From the NCBI GenBank assembly GCA_965221775.1, contig CBDCSU010000004.1:768001-832000 (forward strand): a DNA stretch of 64,000 nucleotides, given 5' to 3'. The DNA comes from Candidatus Latescibacterota bacterium. Lineage in GTDB: Bacteria > Latescibacterota > UBA2968 > UBA8231. The notes beneath the pieces are model-generated. The model ran no database searches. It had not been told where the DNA came from and saw only the letters and a program-made list of their open reading frames with translations. Position numbers and translations under genes: made by a program. This document shows positions 1-8,987 of the stretch, piece after piece (position 1 is the first letter of the stretch; every line of letters begins with the position of its first letter).

Positions 1-2
1 AC

Positions 3-704
3 CTCGTGGCGGATGCGGCCCAGGCGCGCGTCGAGGTCCTTCAGCTCCCCCACCAGGGCGGCCCCGGCGGCGACCACGTCCGGCGTCTCCGGGGGCCGCA
101 GGACCTCGTGCACCGCCTCCCCCGGGCGGGTCACGCGGATGTCGAAGACCCCCATGCCGCGGCCGGCCCCCGGCAGGCGGTCGGCCAGGTACTCGGGCAG
201 GAGCACGCCGTCGCCCACGTATCCCTCGCGGATGAGGGCCTGCAACTGCCGGCCGTCGCCCCAGGGCGCCTCGTGGTGGTCGTGGGCGGTGAGCAGGATC
301 CCGCCGGCCCGCAGAGCGCCGGAGTCGCGCAGGGCTCGCATCGCCTCCGCGGCGGCGGCGATGCCTCCTTTCATGTCCGACGCCCCCGAGCCGGTGAGCA
401 CACCGTCGCGGACGGCCGGCGGCTGGAACGGCAGATGCACGGTATCCAGATGTCCGTTGAACTGCAGCCAGCGCCCCGGGGCGCCGCTGTCGAGACGGGC
501 GACCACGGCGGGCGACTCGGGCCAGTCGGCGTCGGGCCGCTCCACCTCGAAGCCATCCGCCCGCAACCGCCGCTCCAGCCGGTCCGCCGCTTCACGGGCG
601 GATCTCGTGGGGCTGGGCGCGGCGACAAGGTCCACGGCGGTCTCCATCAGGCGGGCCTCGTCGACGGCCGCTGCCGCCGCCTGGTGATCCTCGCCGCCAG
701 TCAT
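3..704 (-). CDS. M20/M25/M40 family metallo-hydrolase (ArgE/DapE-like), runs off window start
   Basis: Not in ORF track; translated by hand: MTGGEDHQ...LQFNGHLDTV...GSGASDMKGG...AHDHHEAP. Purine-rich RBS before ATG at 704; no stop before window edge. Confidence 0.85.
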   Translation of the reverse strand, partial: MTGGEDHQAAAAAVDEARLMETAVDLVAAPSPTRSAREAADRLERRLRADGFEVERPDADWPESPAVVARLDSGAPGRWLQFNGHLDTVHLPFQPPAVRDGVLTGSGASDMKGGIAAAAEAMRALRDSGALRAGGILLTAHDHHEAPWGDGRQLQALIREGYVGDGVLLPEYLADRLPGAGRGMGVFDIRVTRPGEAVHEVLRPPETPDVVAAGAALVGELKDLDARLGRIRHE

Positions 705-772
705 CTCTCTCTCCTCAACACGGGTCCTCCCCCTTTCACCATCACGGGAACTTTGGTAGTCTAAAGCTCCCC

Positions 773-2362
773 ATGCGACCCACACCACCACCCTACCGCA
801 TCATCTACAACTGGGACGGGGCCCCTCACGGGTACGACGAGGTCCCCCAGTCGATGGAGTCCTTCCTGGAGCGCGTGTACGCGCCCCTGGAACAGACCCA
901 GGTGGGCGCCCTGTTCTGGTGCGTCGGCGAGCACGCCGCGCGCTGGCCCTCCGATGTCCTCGAGCAGCTCGGCGACATCCACGGCCGGCGCTACGAAGGC
1001 GCCTGGCCGCTGGCGCACACCGAGAACATCCGCCTCATGCTGGAGCGCGGCGAGGACCCGCAGGCGGCGCTCATCGAGCGCGGCCACGGCCTGGGGCTGC
1101 AGGTCTACGCCTCGGTGCGCATGAACGACAACCACTTCAACGGCGCCCAGATCGCCGACCTGCCCACTCTGCACCACACCGAGCTGACCGAGCTGCGGCG
1201 CCGCCACCCCGAGTGGCTCCTCGGCGACCGCACCTCCGAGTGGTTCGCCCTCTCCTGGGACATGTCGGTCCCCGAGGTCCGCCGCCACCGCCTCGACCAC
1301 ATCCGCGAGGTCTGCGAGCGCTACGACTGGGACGGCGTCGAGCTGGACTGGCAGCGGCACCCCTTCCACCTGCCCGACGACGACGCCTTCCGCCTGCGCT
1401 ACGTCCTCACCGACCTGCAGAGGGCCGCGCGCCGCTGCGCTGACGAGATCGGCCGCAAACGCGGCCGTCCGCTCTTCGTCGCCGTGCGCGTGGCCGCCAA
1501 CCTGCACATGTGCGAGCAGATCGGCTACGACCTGCCCGCCTGGCTGGAGGAGGGCCTGGTGGACCTCGTCATTCCCGCCGGCGGCTCGGGCACCGACGAC
1601 GACGTGGACGTGGCCGGCTTCACCGAACTCTGCCGGCCCCATGGCGTGGCCGTGTACCCGGGCTTCGACGGCGGCCTCCCCGGCCCCTGGGTCGGCCCCG
1701 AGCCGGCGGACGACAAGGACCGCCTGAGGACCCGCGCCATCGCCGCCCGGCACTGGGACCACGGCGCCGACGGGATCTACGCCTTCAACTGGCACGCGGG
1801 CCGGGAGAACCGCCGCGAGTTGCTCACCCAGGTCGGCCGCCCCGAGAGTCTGGCCGCCACCGACAAGGTCCATGCCGCCACCCACAGGGTCCTGCAGCAC
1901 GAGGGCCCGTGGCGCGGCGCCTCCCGCAACGACCGCGTGCGCGGCACGGTCCCTGTGGCCCTCAGGGAGACGATCACCGAATCCGGCCCGGTGATCCCCC
2001 TCGACGTGGCCGACGACTTCGAGACCCACCCGCCCCGCGCCCTGGAGCTGCGCCTCCACCTGAGCGACTGGGCCCGGGGCGACGAGGTGGCCGTGCGCTG
2101 GGACGGCGCAGAGTTGCCGGCGGCCACGGTGACCTACGACACCACCGGCGACCGCCACGGGCTCTCGGGGGTGCACGCCGCCGCATGGGTGCGATTCGCA
2201 CTGGCCCCCAGCCAGGTGAAGAGCGGGCGGCACGCGGTCGAGGTGGTTCTGCGGCAGCGGCACCCGCAACTGGCGAGCGATCTCGTTTTGACCGACGTGG
2301 AGCTGGTGGTGGCCTACTCCGAAGCCCTGGCGGGCACCCTGCTGGACGCCGGCTCTCCCTGA
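773..2362 (+). CDS. Glycosyl hydrolase-like family 10 (GHL10) TIM-barrel protein
   Basis: IIYNWDG, ASVRMND.H, YDWDGVELDWQRHP, GADGIYAFN motifs; C-terminal beta domain; paralog of 5913-7376 and 7388-8980. Confidence 0.7.
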   Translation: MRPTPPPYRIIYNWDGAPHGYDEVPQSMESFLERVYAPLEQTQVGALFWCVGEHAARWPSDVLEQLGDIHGRRYEGAWPLAHTENIRLMLERGEDPQAALIERGHGLGLQVYASVRMNDNHFNGAQIADLPTLHHTELTELRRRHPEWLLGDRTSEWFALSWDMSVPEVRRHRLDHIREVCERYDWDGVELDWQRHPFHLPDDDAFRLRYVLTDLQRAARRCADEIGRKRGRPLFVAVRVAANLHMCEQIGYDLPAWLEEGLVDLVIPAGGSGTDDDVDVAGFTELCRPHGVAVYPGFDGGLPGPWVGPEPADDKDRLRTRAIAARHWDHGADGIYAFNWHAGRENRRELLTQVGRPESLAATDKVHAATHRVLQHEGPWRGASRNDRVRGTVPVALRETITESGPVIPLDVADDFETHPPRALELRLHLSDWARGDEVAVRWDGAELPAATVTYDTTGDRHGLSGVHAAAWVRFALAPSQVKSGRHAVEVVLRQRHPQLASDLVLTDVELVVAYSEALAGTLLDAGSP

Positions 2363-2364
2363 TC

Positions 2365-2385
2365 CCCGGGCGCCTGGCGCCCGGG
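2365..2385. terminator. Perfect GC inverted repeat directly after stop codon
   Basis: CCCGGGCGCC-T-GGCGCCCGGG; no U tract. Confidence 0.35.
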
Positions 2386-2534
2386 ACCCGTTGCGGCCGC
2401 TTCTCGCCGGTGGACGAATCACGGCGCTGAAGCGCCTCGTCCCTTCGCCCCGTCCATCTACGAATCTCCCCGTGCGTGGCCGGCACTTGGCGAGCCCTGC
2501 CGCCGCACCTTCGCCATGGCCCGTCACTTCGGTC
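2385..2534 (+). pseudogene. Condensed, diverged remnant copy of the downstream enolase-superfamily gene
   Basis: 2385-2395 = 3665-3675 (GACCCGTTGCG); 2393-2486 aligns to 4271-4365; 2491-2534 matches 4512-4555 at 42/44 nt. Confidence 0.85.
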
Positions 2535-2660
2535 AGCCGATCCGTAAGGCAACCGGAGCTTTTGGGTCCATGAGCCGAAGCCGCGGCGCATCTGTGCGGC
2601 CGATGTCCGCGACCGGGTGGTGCATCACGCGATTGTCCGCGTGTTGGACCCGCTTCTCTA

Positions 2661-2689
2661 TTGACGAAATAGACAGAATAGACTATGTT
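2661..2689 (+). promoter_or_regulatory. sigma70-type promoter of TA module with AATAGAC direct repeat in the spacer (possible operator)
   Basis: TTGACG-17-TATGTT; spacer aAATAGACagAATAGAC; AGGAG RBS and ATG at 2721 follow. Confidence 0.65.
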
Positions 2690-2720
2690 GCTCTGCTTTC
2701 GGGTTCATCAGGAGAGACTC

Positions 2721-3317
2721 ATGCTGCAAACGAAGAGGCAAGACGTGAGGGCGTTGGCCGTCGTGGTGCAGGATGTCGCGAAAAACCTCAGCCCCCATGC
2801 GGTCACCACCCTAGTCGCACACCCCGACGCCGTGCAGTCCGCTCTGGCAGTGGCGGCCGATGCCCTCGCGGCACGAGAGGCGGGCGCGAACATCGAGATA
2901 GTCCGGGGCGCCAAGCCGCGCTTGGTCGCGACGCGAGAGGCCGACCAACACATCGCCGCGCATACCCAACCCGGAAAGCAGGAAGAATTACTCACCTCGC
3001 AAGAACTCGCCAACCGCGCCGGTCTCAAGACCCGCCAATCCGTTCACGACTGGCTGAAAAAAGGGCGCATCATAGGCTGGCAGGGAGCCAAGCGCGGCTT
3101 TGTTTTTCCCGCCGCCCAGTTCGACGACCGCGGCCAGCCTCTCGACGGACTAGATCGCATCGCCGCGCATTTCGATAACGGTTATGCCGCGTGGGTCTGG
3201 CTGACAACGCCGCGTACCGCCCTCGATGGGAGGACGCCCCTGGCCCTTCTTCGCAAAGGTGAACTTGACCAAGTGGCGGCGGCCGTTGCCGGAGACATCC
3301 AAGGCGACTTTGCGTGA
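2721..3317 (+). CDS. Antitoxin, Xre/MbcA/ParS-like (HTH + C-terminal toxin-binding domain)
   Basis: LLTSQELANRAG..TRQSVHDW HTH; FPAAQF; AWVWLTTPRTALDGRTPLALL MbcA-type motif; lower GC than flanks. Confidence 0.8.
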   Translation: MLQTKRQDVRALAVVVQDVAKNLSPHAVTTLVAHPDAVQSALAVAADALAAREAGANIEIVRGAKPRLVATREADQHIAAHTQPGKQEELLTSQELANRAGLKTRQSVHDWLKKGRIIGWQGAKRGFVFPAAQFDDRGQPLDGLDRIAAHFDNGYAAWVWLTTPRTALDGRTPLALLRKGELDQVAAAVAGDIQGDFA

Positions 3318-3594
3318 GCTCGATGGACCAATCCAGATTGGTGCCCCTACGGCAGTCGCTCACGACTCAAACCAGGCCGCAGGCCGGGCACTGTCAGCCG
3401 CTGCTTTCGCCGGAGTACCGGAAGCCGATGGTTTCTTGTTTCAGTCCCGGTTCACGGGGCAGCTCTGTATAGCGACGTTTGACCGGGCGATCGGCAAGCT
3501 GGATGCGCTGGAGATCACTCCCCTGATTGAGAACGTCGATTTCATCGATGCCCTAAGAGACTACGACATCCAGCTTACGACGCCACCTGAGTGA
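3314..3594 (+). pseudogene. RES-domain toxin, N-terminal half deleted
   Basis: GTGA overlap with antitoxin stop is out of frame with the surviving C-terminus (GRALSAA..PEADGFLFQSRFTGQLCIATFDRA). Confidence 0.7.
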
Positions 3595-3687
3595 ACAGTG
3601 CCAGTGATGCGACAGCTTTCCTTACGAGAAGCGTTGACCTAGGCCCGTACATTTGCCGATCTGAGACCCGTTGCGCCCTCCTCTCCA

Positions 3688-4791
3688 TTGAAGATCACCG
3701 CCCTCGAGCTGACCCCGGTGCGAACGCACCGCGAGATGGGACGCCGCGCCCCGAGCGATCCGGAGCCGGCCGAGTCCCGCCACGTGGTCGTGCAGCTGCA
3801 CACCGACGCGGGCGTCACCGGCCTCGGCGAGATGTCGGACGTCCCCTGGGAGCTGGACGCCGGGTCCGCCGCCCGCCTGCAGGCCGCCCTGGAGCCGCTG
3901 CTGGTCGGCGCCGACGCCGGGCGCCGGGGCCCGCTGCTGGAGGAGCTGTCGCGCCGGCCCTGGGAGCACCAGGTCCTGTGCGGCATCGACATGGCCGTCC
4001 ACGACGCCGTGGCGCGCAAGCTCGGAGTGTCCCTGGCCGCCCTCCTCGGGGGCGCCTTCCGCGACCGCGTCCCCTTCGCCTATCCCCTCGCCCCCTGCCG
4101 CGACGAGGCCGACGTGGCGGCCAACCTCGACCGCATCGAGCGCCGCCTCGGCGAGGGGCACTCCGCCTTCCGCTACTACTTCGGCATCGACCTGGAGCGG
4201 GACGAGAGCCTCCTCGACCGCGCCCGTGCCCGCTGGGGCGACAGCATGAAGCTGACCGCCCTCGACGCCAGCGGCCGCTTCTCGCCCGACGAGGCCGTGG
4301 CTGCGCTGAAACGCCTGGCGCCCTTCGCCCCGGACGTCTTCGAGTCCCCTGTGCGCGGCCGGCACCACGCGCCGGCGGAGCACTTCCTCGCGGTCAAGAG
4401 CGAGATCGACGTGCCGATCTCCGAGCACACGGCCGACGAAGCCTCGGCCCTGCGGATGGCTCGGTCCGGGGCCGTGGATGTCTTCAACACCGGCCTCGGG
4501 TACGCCGGCATCGAGCCCTGCCGCCGCACCTTCGCCATGGCCCGCCAGTTCGGTCTGAAGACGCTCATGGGGAGCACCGTGGAGATGTCGATCGGCACGG
4601 CCGCGAGGGTTCAGGTGGCGGCGGCCACGGCGAACCTCGATCTCGGATGCTACATGGCGGGACCCCTCGTGTACCACGAGGACGTCACCGTGGAGCCGGT
4701 CCGCTACGAGGAGGGGCAGGTGCTGGTGCCCGACGGCCCGGGGCTGGGCGTCGAGCTGGATCCGGGGAAGCTGCGGTCACTGCGGATCTGA
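3688..4791 (+). CDS. Mandelate racemase/MLE enolase-superfamily enzyme, galactarate dehydratase II-like (R-x-Y)
   Basis: MKITALEL, LHTDAGVTGLGEMSD, GIDMAVHD, FRYYFG, LDAS / FESP / ISEH ligands, PGLGVELD; TTG start. Confidence 0.88.
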   Translation: MKITALELTPVRTHREMGRRAPSDPEPAESRHVVVQLHTDAGVTGLGEMSDVPWELDAGSAARLQAALEPLLVGADAGRRGPLLEELSRRPWEHQVLCGIDMAVHDAVARKLGVSLAALLGGAFRDRVPFAYPLAPCRDEADVAANLDRIERRLGEGHSAFRYYFGIDLERDESLLDRARARWGDSMKLTALDASGRFSPDEAVAALKRLAPFAPDVFESPVRGRHHAPAEHFLAVKSEIDVPISEHTADEASALRMARSGAVDVFNTGLGYAGIEPCRRTFAMARQFGLKTLMGSTVEMSIGTAARVQVAAATANLDLGCYMAGPLVYHEDVTVEPVRYEEGQVLVPDGPGLGVELDPGKLRSLRI

Positions 4792-4918
4792 GGGGAAGCG
4801 CAGTCCCTTCAGTCATCGCCTGCATGGAACTGCGTCGACCGAAGCGATGACCACAGTTCCTTTGCCGCCCTCCTTCCGTGCTCGTAGCTTGCTCATGTCA
4901 GGCTCCTTTGGTTACCGG

Positions 4919-5170
4919 ATGAACGAGTCAGCAGTCCGGCTCCGTATCGAGCCACTGGATGAAGGTGGCTATCTGGCCACGAGTCCCGATGTCCCGGGCC
5001 TGGTTGCGGAAGGACGCAGCGTCACCGAGGCCGCCGAGATTGCGCAAGGTCTCGTACGCAAAATCGCAGAGTCGTGCCTTGAGCACGGGGACCCGCTCCC
5101 TGGTGCATTGGCCACGCTTCCGGAGGGCCACGCCTCAATTGACCTGATGGTACCTGTCAGTATGCCGTAG
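4919..5170 (+). CDS. hicB: HicB family antitoxin
   Basis: IEPLDEGGYLATSPDVPGLVAEGRSVTEA...CLEHGDPLP. Confidence 0.85.
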   Translation: MNESAVRLRIEPLDEGGYLATSPDVPGLVAEGRSVTEAAEIAQGLVRKIAESCLEHGDPLPGALATLPEGHASIDLMVPVSMP

Positions 5171-5196
5171 TGGGACGGCTCTCCGGGTTGGCCTGA
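5170..5196 (+). pseudogene. Probable stub of HicA toxin (8 codons)
   Basis: GTG overlapping hicB stop reads MGRLSGLA*, resembling the MGRLSG start of some HicA toxins. Confidence 0.45.
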
Positions 5197-5202
5197 CCGG
5201 AC

Positions 5203-5916
5203 CTACCCCAGTATCTCCACCGTCGCCGCCAGAAGCACCTCCCCCTTCATCAGCTGGCACTTCGCCTCGCCGATCGTCCCGTCGACGATCTGGCCGCGGG
5301 CGCGCAGCACCTCCTCCATGCGGTCGAAGGCGGGGGTGTGGCCCATCATCTCCGTCAGGCGGATCTCCATCTCCCGGTGCTCGGGATGGTTCAGCACCAC
5401 CACCCCGGGTGTCTCCGGCGAGAACCTCCCGTGGCGGTCGGCGCCGGCGTAGTCCTCGCCGATGTGGATCGACGAGTTCGAGGATTGACTCACCCCGAGT
5501 AGGAAGATGTAACCCCCCTTCTTGATGAGGCGGTCCAGGGCGCAGTCCCTGCCGAGGGCGCCGCGCTCCAGATCGTCCTCCACCAGGCTCTCGGCGTCGG
5601 GGCCGATGGCGGTCACCGCGTGGGTCGGGTGGAGACTCCGCACCGCCCCGGGGAACCGCCTCGCCGCTTCGGTGACGGCCCCGTTGAGCGAGGGCGACTC
5701 CAGGGGATCGAAGTACTCGCAGCTGCTGTGGGTGAAGGTCGGCACCATCAGGGTGCCTTCGGGCCCCAGGACGTCCAGGAAGGCCTGCACCACCGTTGCG
5801 GCTCCACCCTCGACGTGTCCCATGCTCGACAGCGAGCTGTGGACCATCACCCGGTCGCCGGCCTTGAGGCCCATGCTCTTCAGGCTTCTTGCGATGTCGG
5901 CTCGCGTGACGTTCAT
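5203..5916 (-). CDS. AAC(3) / Antibiotic_NAT family N-acetyltransferase
   Basis: GLKAGDRVMVHSSLSSMGHVEGGA, GTLMVPTF, RSLHPTHA, LLGV..NSSIH; ATG overlaps upstream stop. Confidence 0.9.
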   Translation of the reverse strand: MNVTRADIARSLKSMGLKAGDRVMVHSSLSSMGHVEGGAATVVQAFLDVLGPEGTLMVPTFTHSSCEYFDPLESPSLNGAVTEAARRFPGAVRSLHPTHAVTAIGPDAESLVEDDLERGALGRDCALDRLIKKGGYIFLLGVSQSSNSSIHIGEDYAGADRHGRFSPETPGVVVLNHPEHREMEIRLTEMMGHTPAFDRMEEVLRARGQIVDGTIGEAKCQLMKGEVLLAATVEILG

Positions 5917-7376
5917 CGGTCCCACACGCCGTAGTCGACGACCAGCTCCACGTCCTCGATCCCCACCTTGCTGCGCAGGTCCGAGGGCCGCTCCAGCAGG
6001 CCGACCTCCAGACGGTTGGTCCCCTGCCGCAGGGCCTTCCGGTCGACCTCGATCTCCAGCCACATCCCGGTGTAGGGCGCCACCGCCTGCATGGGGCTGC
6101 GCCTCGCCCCGTCGAGGGAGACCGCTTCCCCGTTGAGGCGGACCTCCAGCCGGTCGTCCCGCACCAGGTCGTTGAAGCACAGGCGCAGGCGGGTGGAGTT
6201 GATGCGGGCGTTGCCCTCCACGTCGTCGGCGATGGTCAGGGGGATCTCGTGCATGCGGCCGAGGTCGAGGGCGGGATCGATCGACACCGGCAGGTGGGAG
6301 GGGTAGTCGACGCCCTGCACGTGCTCCACGTCGGTGCGGCGCCGCAGGAAGTAGTGCTTGTCGCCCTCGGCGATCTGCTCGGGCGTCGACAGCTGGCCGA
6401 GGATGGAACGCTCCTGGTCGCCCAGGGGCCAGGACATGAACCAGGTGTAAAGGCCGTCCACCCCGAGGCGCCAGGCGTTGGCCGCCGCCGCCCGGAACAT
6501 CGACGGCGTCGGGTATTGCCGGGCGTTGAAGCGGCGGCTCTCGTCGGCGTAGTAGGGGTGCAGCATGTAGTACACGGAGACGTCCCGTTCGTGGGCCGCC
6601 TCCACGAGCCACTCCACCGGCATGGCGGAGTCGAGGATCATGTGGGCGTATACCATGGGCACGAGGTAGTCCACCAGGCCCTCCTCGAGCCAGCGCTCCA
6701 CCTCGAGGCCGGTCTTGTGGTTGACCTCCGCCGTCGGGTAGACCCGCGCGCCGACGAGGCCGGCGTCCTTCCCGGGGCGGCTGCGCGCGGCTTCGGACGC
6801 GTGCCGGAGCCACTCCGTCATCACCGGGCCCAGGCCCTCCGCCTCCTCCTGCGGGAACCAGAAGGCGGTGCCGCCGGGGGCGGCGGCGAAGTCCAGCTCC
6901 ACACCCTCGGTGTCGTAGTCGGCGGCCAGCTCGGTGACGCCGCGCAGCATGAACTCCCGCACGTCTTCCCGGGCCATGCCCGGGCCCCCTTCCCGGGGCG
7001 AGACCTCCTTGGGCAGGCCGGCGTAGGCGCCCATGCGCAGGGAGGCGATGAAGTCCATGCCGCGGTCGTGGGCGCGGTCGACGAGGACCTGCAGCGGGTC
7101 GAGGCCGCGGTCGATGAGGCTCTGCATGTTGTGCCACACCCGCCAGTAGGCGCACTGCTCGAAGCCGCCCTGCATGTCCTGGCCGAAGGGCAGGCCCACC
7201 TTGGACGGGTAGAACCAGCCGTCGTCGCGGGCCATGCCGTAGACGAAGGTGTCGACGCCGGTGTCGGCGATCTCGTCGACGGGGGCCCAGGCGTCCTCCA
7301 GGCGCATGGGCGGCTCGTGGACGAAGAGGTAGTAGTGGCGCGCGTCGTTGAAGTAGATGGTGCGGCGCTGGCGCAT
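5913..7376 (-). CDS. GHL10-like TIM-barrel protein
   Basis: MRQRRTIYFNDARH, ASLRMG, YDTEGVELDF, GVDGLYTWF; AAGGAGG RBS. Confidence 0.7.
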   Translation of the reverse strand: MRQRRTIYFNDARHYYLFVHEPPMRLEDAWAPVDEIADTGVDTFVYGMARDDGWFYPSKVGLPFGQDMQGGFEQCAYWRVWHNMQSLIDRGLDPLQVLVDRAHDRGMDFIASLRMGAYAGLPKEVSPREGGPGMAREDVREFMLRGVTELAADYDTEGVELDFAAAPGGTAFWFPQEEAEGLGPVMTEWLRHASEAARSRPGKDAGLVGARVYPTAEVNHKTGLEVERWLEEGLVDYLVPMVYAHMILDSAMPVEWLVEAAHERDVSVYYMLHPYYADESRRFNARQYPTPSMFRAAAANAWRLGVDGLYTWFMSWPLGDQERSILGQLSTPEQIAEGDKHYFLRRRTDVEHVQGVDYPSHLPVSIDPALDLGRMHEIPLTIADDVEGNARINSTRLRLCFNDLVRDDRLEVRLNGEAVSLDGARRSPMQAVAPYTGMWLEIEVDRKALRQGTNRLEVGLLERPSDLRSKVGIEDVELVVDYGVWDR

Positions 7377-7387
7377 TGGAGCCTCCT

Positions 7388-8980
7388 TCAGGTGACGCCC
7401 GTGTTCCAGGGGCCCAGGTCGAGGTCGACGAAGCCGCGGTGGAAGTGGCGGCCCATGAGATAGTGGACCTCCAGCTCCACGTCGCGCAGGCTCAGGGGCG
7501 GGATCACCTTCGGCTCGCGCTTCACCAGCTCCACCTCGATCTCGTTGGCCCCCCGCCGCGGCCAGTGGTCGGGCCCGAGGCGGTAGATGAACCAGTAGCA
7601 GGTGCCGGTGCGGTATCGCGGCCCCCCCATGCGGTACGACTCGTTGATGGTGCGCAGGCCCTCGGCGGGCAGCTCGCGGCCGTTGAGGCGCATGCGCACC
7701 TCGTCGGTCTCGGTGGCGCTGAGCAGGCGCAGGCGCAGGATCACCTCGTGGACGCGGCCGTCGGCGTGCCAGCGCGGCAGGTCGTCGGAGACCTGGAGAG
7801 GGATGCGCAGCGGCTCTCCCTCGATCAGCTCCGCCGGCAGCGGGCAGCGGGCCCCCGGCTCCAGCTCGGGGTTGGGGTAGCGGTGCGTGCCGGTGGGCAC
7901 GTAGTAGTACTTGTCCTTCGGCGCCATGATCTCCGGGTGGGGCAGCTCGCGCAGCTTCTCGTAGAAGTCGGCCTTGTAGGGCCAGCAGCCGAACCAGTGC
8001 CCGAGGTAGAGGCCGTGGACGCCCTGCTCCCAGTAGTTGTTGGCGCAGGCGCGGATCATCTCGATCGGCGCCTGGTTGAGCCGGTCGGAGTCGACCAGGC
8101 TCTGCACCGTGGCCATGACGTGCACCTCCCCGCCTTCGGCCTCGCTCACCAGCTCCCGGTAGTCGGCGTTGCAGTCGACCAGCTCGGGCCCGTGGAAGGT
8201 CTGGCCGATGACGATGTCCACCAGGCCCTCCCGCATCCAGCCGGCCAGGTCGAGGCCGATGTCGTAACAGCCCTGCAGACTGGTGGGCACGCGCACGGCC
8301 AGGCGCCGGCCCTCGCCGCTGCCGCGCACGGTCTCGGAGACCTGGCGGACCCAGTCCGTCATCACCTGCCGCCCGTCGGCGACCTCGTCCGGGTGGAAGT
8401 AGTAGGGCTGGTAGTTGAGCTGCAGCTCGAAGCCGTCCACCGGGTAGTCCCGCACCGCCTCCTCGACGAGGGCGAAGCGCTCCCGGCGCACCTCCTCGTG
8501 GGCGAAGTCGAGGCAGTTGTGGCCTCTCCACGACTCGTCGACGCCGCTCTTGGCGCCGATCTCCAGGTGGGCGTTGTCGAAGCGGAAGTCGGAGCAGCGC
8601 ACGTCCTCCTCGCGCGGCCCCCTCCCCTGCTGCACCAGCAGCGTCGGGTACACGGGCAGACCCTTGGCGCGGGCGCGCTCGCAGATCACCCGCATGGGGT
8701 CGTCGCCGCTGTCGATCAGGTGGCGGGCGTTCTGGTGGGCGCGCCGGAAGATCAGGTGCGGCCAGCGATCGACGTTGTGGCCCCACAGCTCCCCGACCTT
8801 GGTGTCGTGGAGCACGGTGCGCCCGTCGCCGAGGCAGAACATGATGGCGTCCACGGGCGTGCCGACGAGCTCGTCCACCCCCTGCTCGAACTCGGCGCGC
8901 TGCATGGGGGGCTCGTACATGTAGATCAGCGGGTGGCGGCCGTCGTGGTAGAAGGCCAGCCGGGGCAGCTCGGTTGTCAT
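7388..8980 (-). CDS. GHL10-like TIM-barrel protein
   Basis: FYHDGRH, LDFAHEEVR, YPVDGFELQ, GVHGLYL; operonic spacing. Confidence 0.72.
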   Translation of the reverse strand: MTTELPRLAFYHDGRHPLIYMYEPPMQRAEFEQGVDELVGTPVDAIMFCLGDGRTVLHDTKVGELWGHNVDRWPHLIFRRAHQNARHLIDSGDDPMRVICERARAKGLPVYPTLLVQQGRGPREEDVRCSDFRFDNAHLEIGAKSGVDESWRGHNCLDFAHEEVRRERFALVEEAVRDYPVDGFELQLNYQPYYFHPDEVADGRQVMTDWVRQVSETVRGSGEGRRLAVRVPTSLQGCYDIGLDLAGWMREGLVDIVIGQTFHGPELVDCNADYRELVSEAEGGEVHVMATVQSLVDSDRLNQAPIEMIRACANNYWEQGVHGLYLGHWFGCWPYKADFYEKLRELPHPEIMAPKDKYYYVPTGTHRYPNPELEPGARCPLPAELIEGEPLRIPLQVSDDLPRWHADGRVHEVILRLRLLSATETDEVRMRLNGRELPAEGLRTINESYRMGGPRYRTGTCYWFIYRLGPDHWPRRGANEIEVELVKREPKVIPPLSLRDVELEVHYLMGRHFHRGFVDLDLGPWNTGVT

Positions 8981-8987
8981 GGCGTCC

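Noticed and set aside
4813-4896. Minus-strand mini-ORF (MSKLRARK...) and an 18/22 match to about 6082-6103
   Set aside because: Too short to distinguish from chance; no family recognised.
5203-5916. Aminoglycoside resistance gene
   Set aside because: Family-level match only; it is coupled to a catabolic operon and shows no mobile context.
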